Assembly: GCF_964355755.1 (NCBI RefSeq)
Contig: NC_092674.1
Span: forward strand, 4,464,001-4,528,000
Direction: 5' to 3'
DNA: 64,000 nt
Origin: Antedon mediterranea
Taxonomy: Eukaryota; Animalia; Echinodermata
Positions 62,724 through 64,000 of the stretch are shown here, one piece after another. The notes beneath the pieces are model-generated. The model was not told where the DNA came from. It was given only the letters and a program-made list of their open reading frames with translations, and searched no databases. The translations under genes and the position numbers were made by a program. Each line of letters opens with the position of its first letter. The first letter of the stretch is position 1.

Positions 62724-64000
62724 ATTCATTCATTCATTCATTCATTTATTTATACAAAGCAAATTTCAAAATATGTTGACAAAGTATGAATCAAGTTAAT
62801 ATAAATGCATTGTATCTGGAGACAACACAAATAAGCTCAAAGAGCTTTACAACAGGTTCCACCAGGAAAAAAGTTGTATAAAAAAATGTTGATCAAATGT
62901 TCATAGACAGAGACAAACAGGGGTTACAGACGGTACATACACTACGCAAGAGACCAAGTATAGACAAAGACAAGACAAACAAACAAATAAATAAATAAGG
63001 GTAAAAGAGGTGTTTGAAATAGGTCAAAATTTGGGTGAAATATTAAGTTGGTTTGTATTTTGATATTAGGTATTTTTTGTATTTTGATTTAAATATGATG
63101 AAACTATAATCAAATAAAGACTTGTTAAGGGAGTTCCATAGTAAGGGGCCTGTGTGGATAATTGAATTTCTGGAAGAGTGTCGATTTAGGTTAGATTGGA
63201 CGTATTTGTTTGAATTTCGGGTATTATATTTGTGAAGCTCGTTATTTTTTTGAAAAAATCTTTTTAAGGTATTAGGAAGTGTGTTATTGGAAAGTCGATA
63301 CATGAAAAGGGCTGTCTGTAATTTGTTTATGTCAAAGATATTTAGGGTGTTTAGATCATGGAAAAGCAGTTTAGTATGTGAGAGATAATTTGATTGGGTA
63401 CATATACGGACTGCTGCCTTCTTTTGGAGTTTGAATAGTCTGTCAAGTTTAGTTGTTTCAGTACTAAGCCATGGACAAAGAGTTTGATGCGTTGAATCTG
63501 TTGCTGCCCAGACAGTGTTACAATAGAAGAGGTGAGGCAAGATGAGTGTATTGTACAAAGAAGTGATGATTTTAGGAGGTAATGTAGATTTTAGTTTATT
63601 TAGTACACCAATGGTTTTGGAGATATTATTGGAGATTTTAGCTATATGAAGCTTCCAGTTTAATTTGTTGTCTATTTGAACACCAAGAAATGATGTGCTT
63701 TCAACTTGTTTGATAGGGGTGTGATCGATGTATATATTTGCATTCGGATTGTTATTAGTTTTTTTGTTAGTGGAGAAGTGAATGTAGTTTGTTTTACTGA
63801 TGTTAAGGGATAACTTATTTAGTTTGAACCAGTTTGAAACATTGCTGATTTCATTGTTGAAGGTTCTTGTTAGAGTGTTGAAATCAGGATGGGAAAGGAA
63901 GATATTGGTATCATCAGCAAATTGAACATATGAAAAAGAGTTTGAAGCATGGATTAAGTCATTAACATAGATTAAGAAGAGAAGGGGGCCCAGAATGGAT
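62724..64000 (-). mobile_element. L2/CR1-group (Crack-like) LINE, 3' part, intronic
   Basis: Frame open from 63999 to 63043: SILGPLLFLIYVNDL...FADDT...WFKLNKLSLNISKT...FLGV...GPLLWNSL. Followed by a 3' UTR hairpin, AATAAA and a (TGAA)n tail. Confidence 0.92.

Overview
AT-rich, intron-containing animal genomic DNA, probably an invertebrate deuterostome (inferred from gene content and repeat types). It is not prokaryotic: no operons, CRISPR, rRNA or true tRNA genes were seen. Genes rebuilt by hand from GT-AG splice sites with consistent phases: (1) the last six exons of phosphoglucomutase-2 (PGM2/PGM2L1 family, +, 434-5172); (2) a complete 16-coding-exon inverted formin-2 (INF2, +, 19590-42092, about 1610 aa); (3) a tandem cluster of divergent SLC16/MCT-like MFS transporters, with intact gene A (45092-51392), a broken 5' duplicate (54196-55391) and intact gene B (55956-60648); (4) the last two exons of a minus-strand gene ending in a sushi/CCP domain (61974-62660). 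The rest is dense transposon material: about 14 copies of a PIF/Harbinger-type MITE, a Harbinger derivative with a Myb/SANT remnant, tRNA-derived SINEs, RTEX-, L2/CR1- and Rex-like LINE pieces, Helentron-like elements, Penelope-like pieces carrying minimal hammerhead motifs, and a 2.6-kb foldback element with ~820-bp arms. Most notable: the hammerhead-bearing elements with 16-bp target-site duplications (TSDs); an intronic tandem repeat that multiplies a real 3' splice site; a possible alternative first exon rescued from a pseudogene; two minisatellites apparently derived from one MITE family; and an E/K pair replacing the MCT TM8 D/R pair. Family assignments come from motif recognition only; no database search was run.
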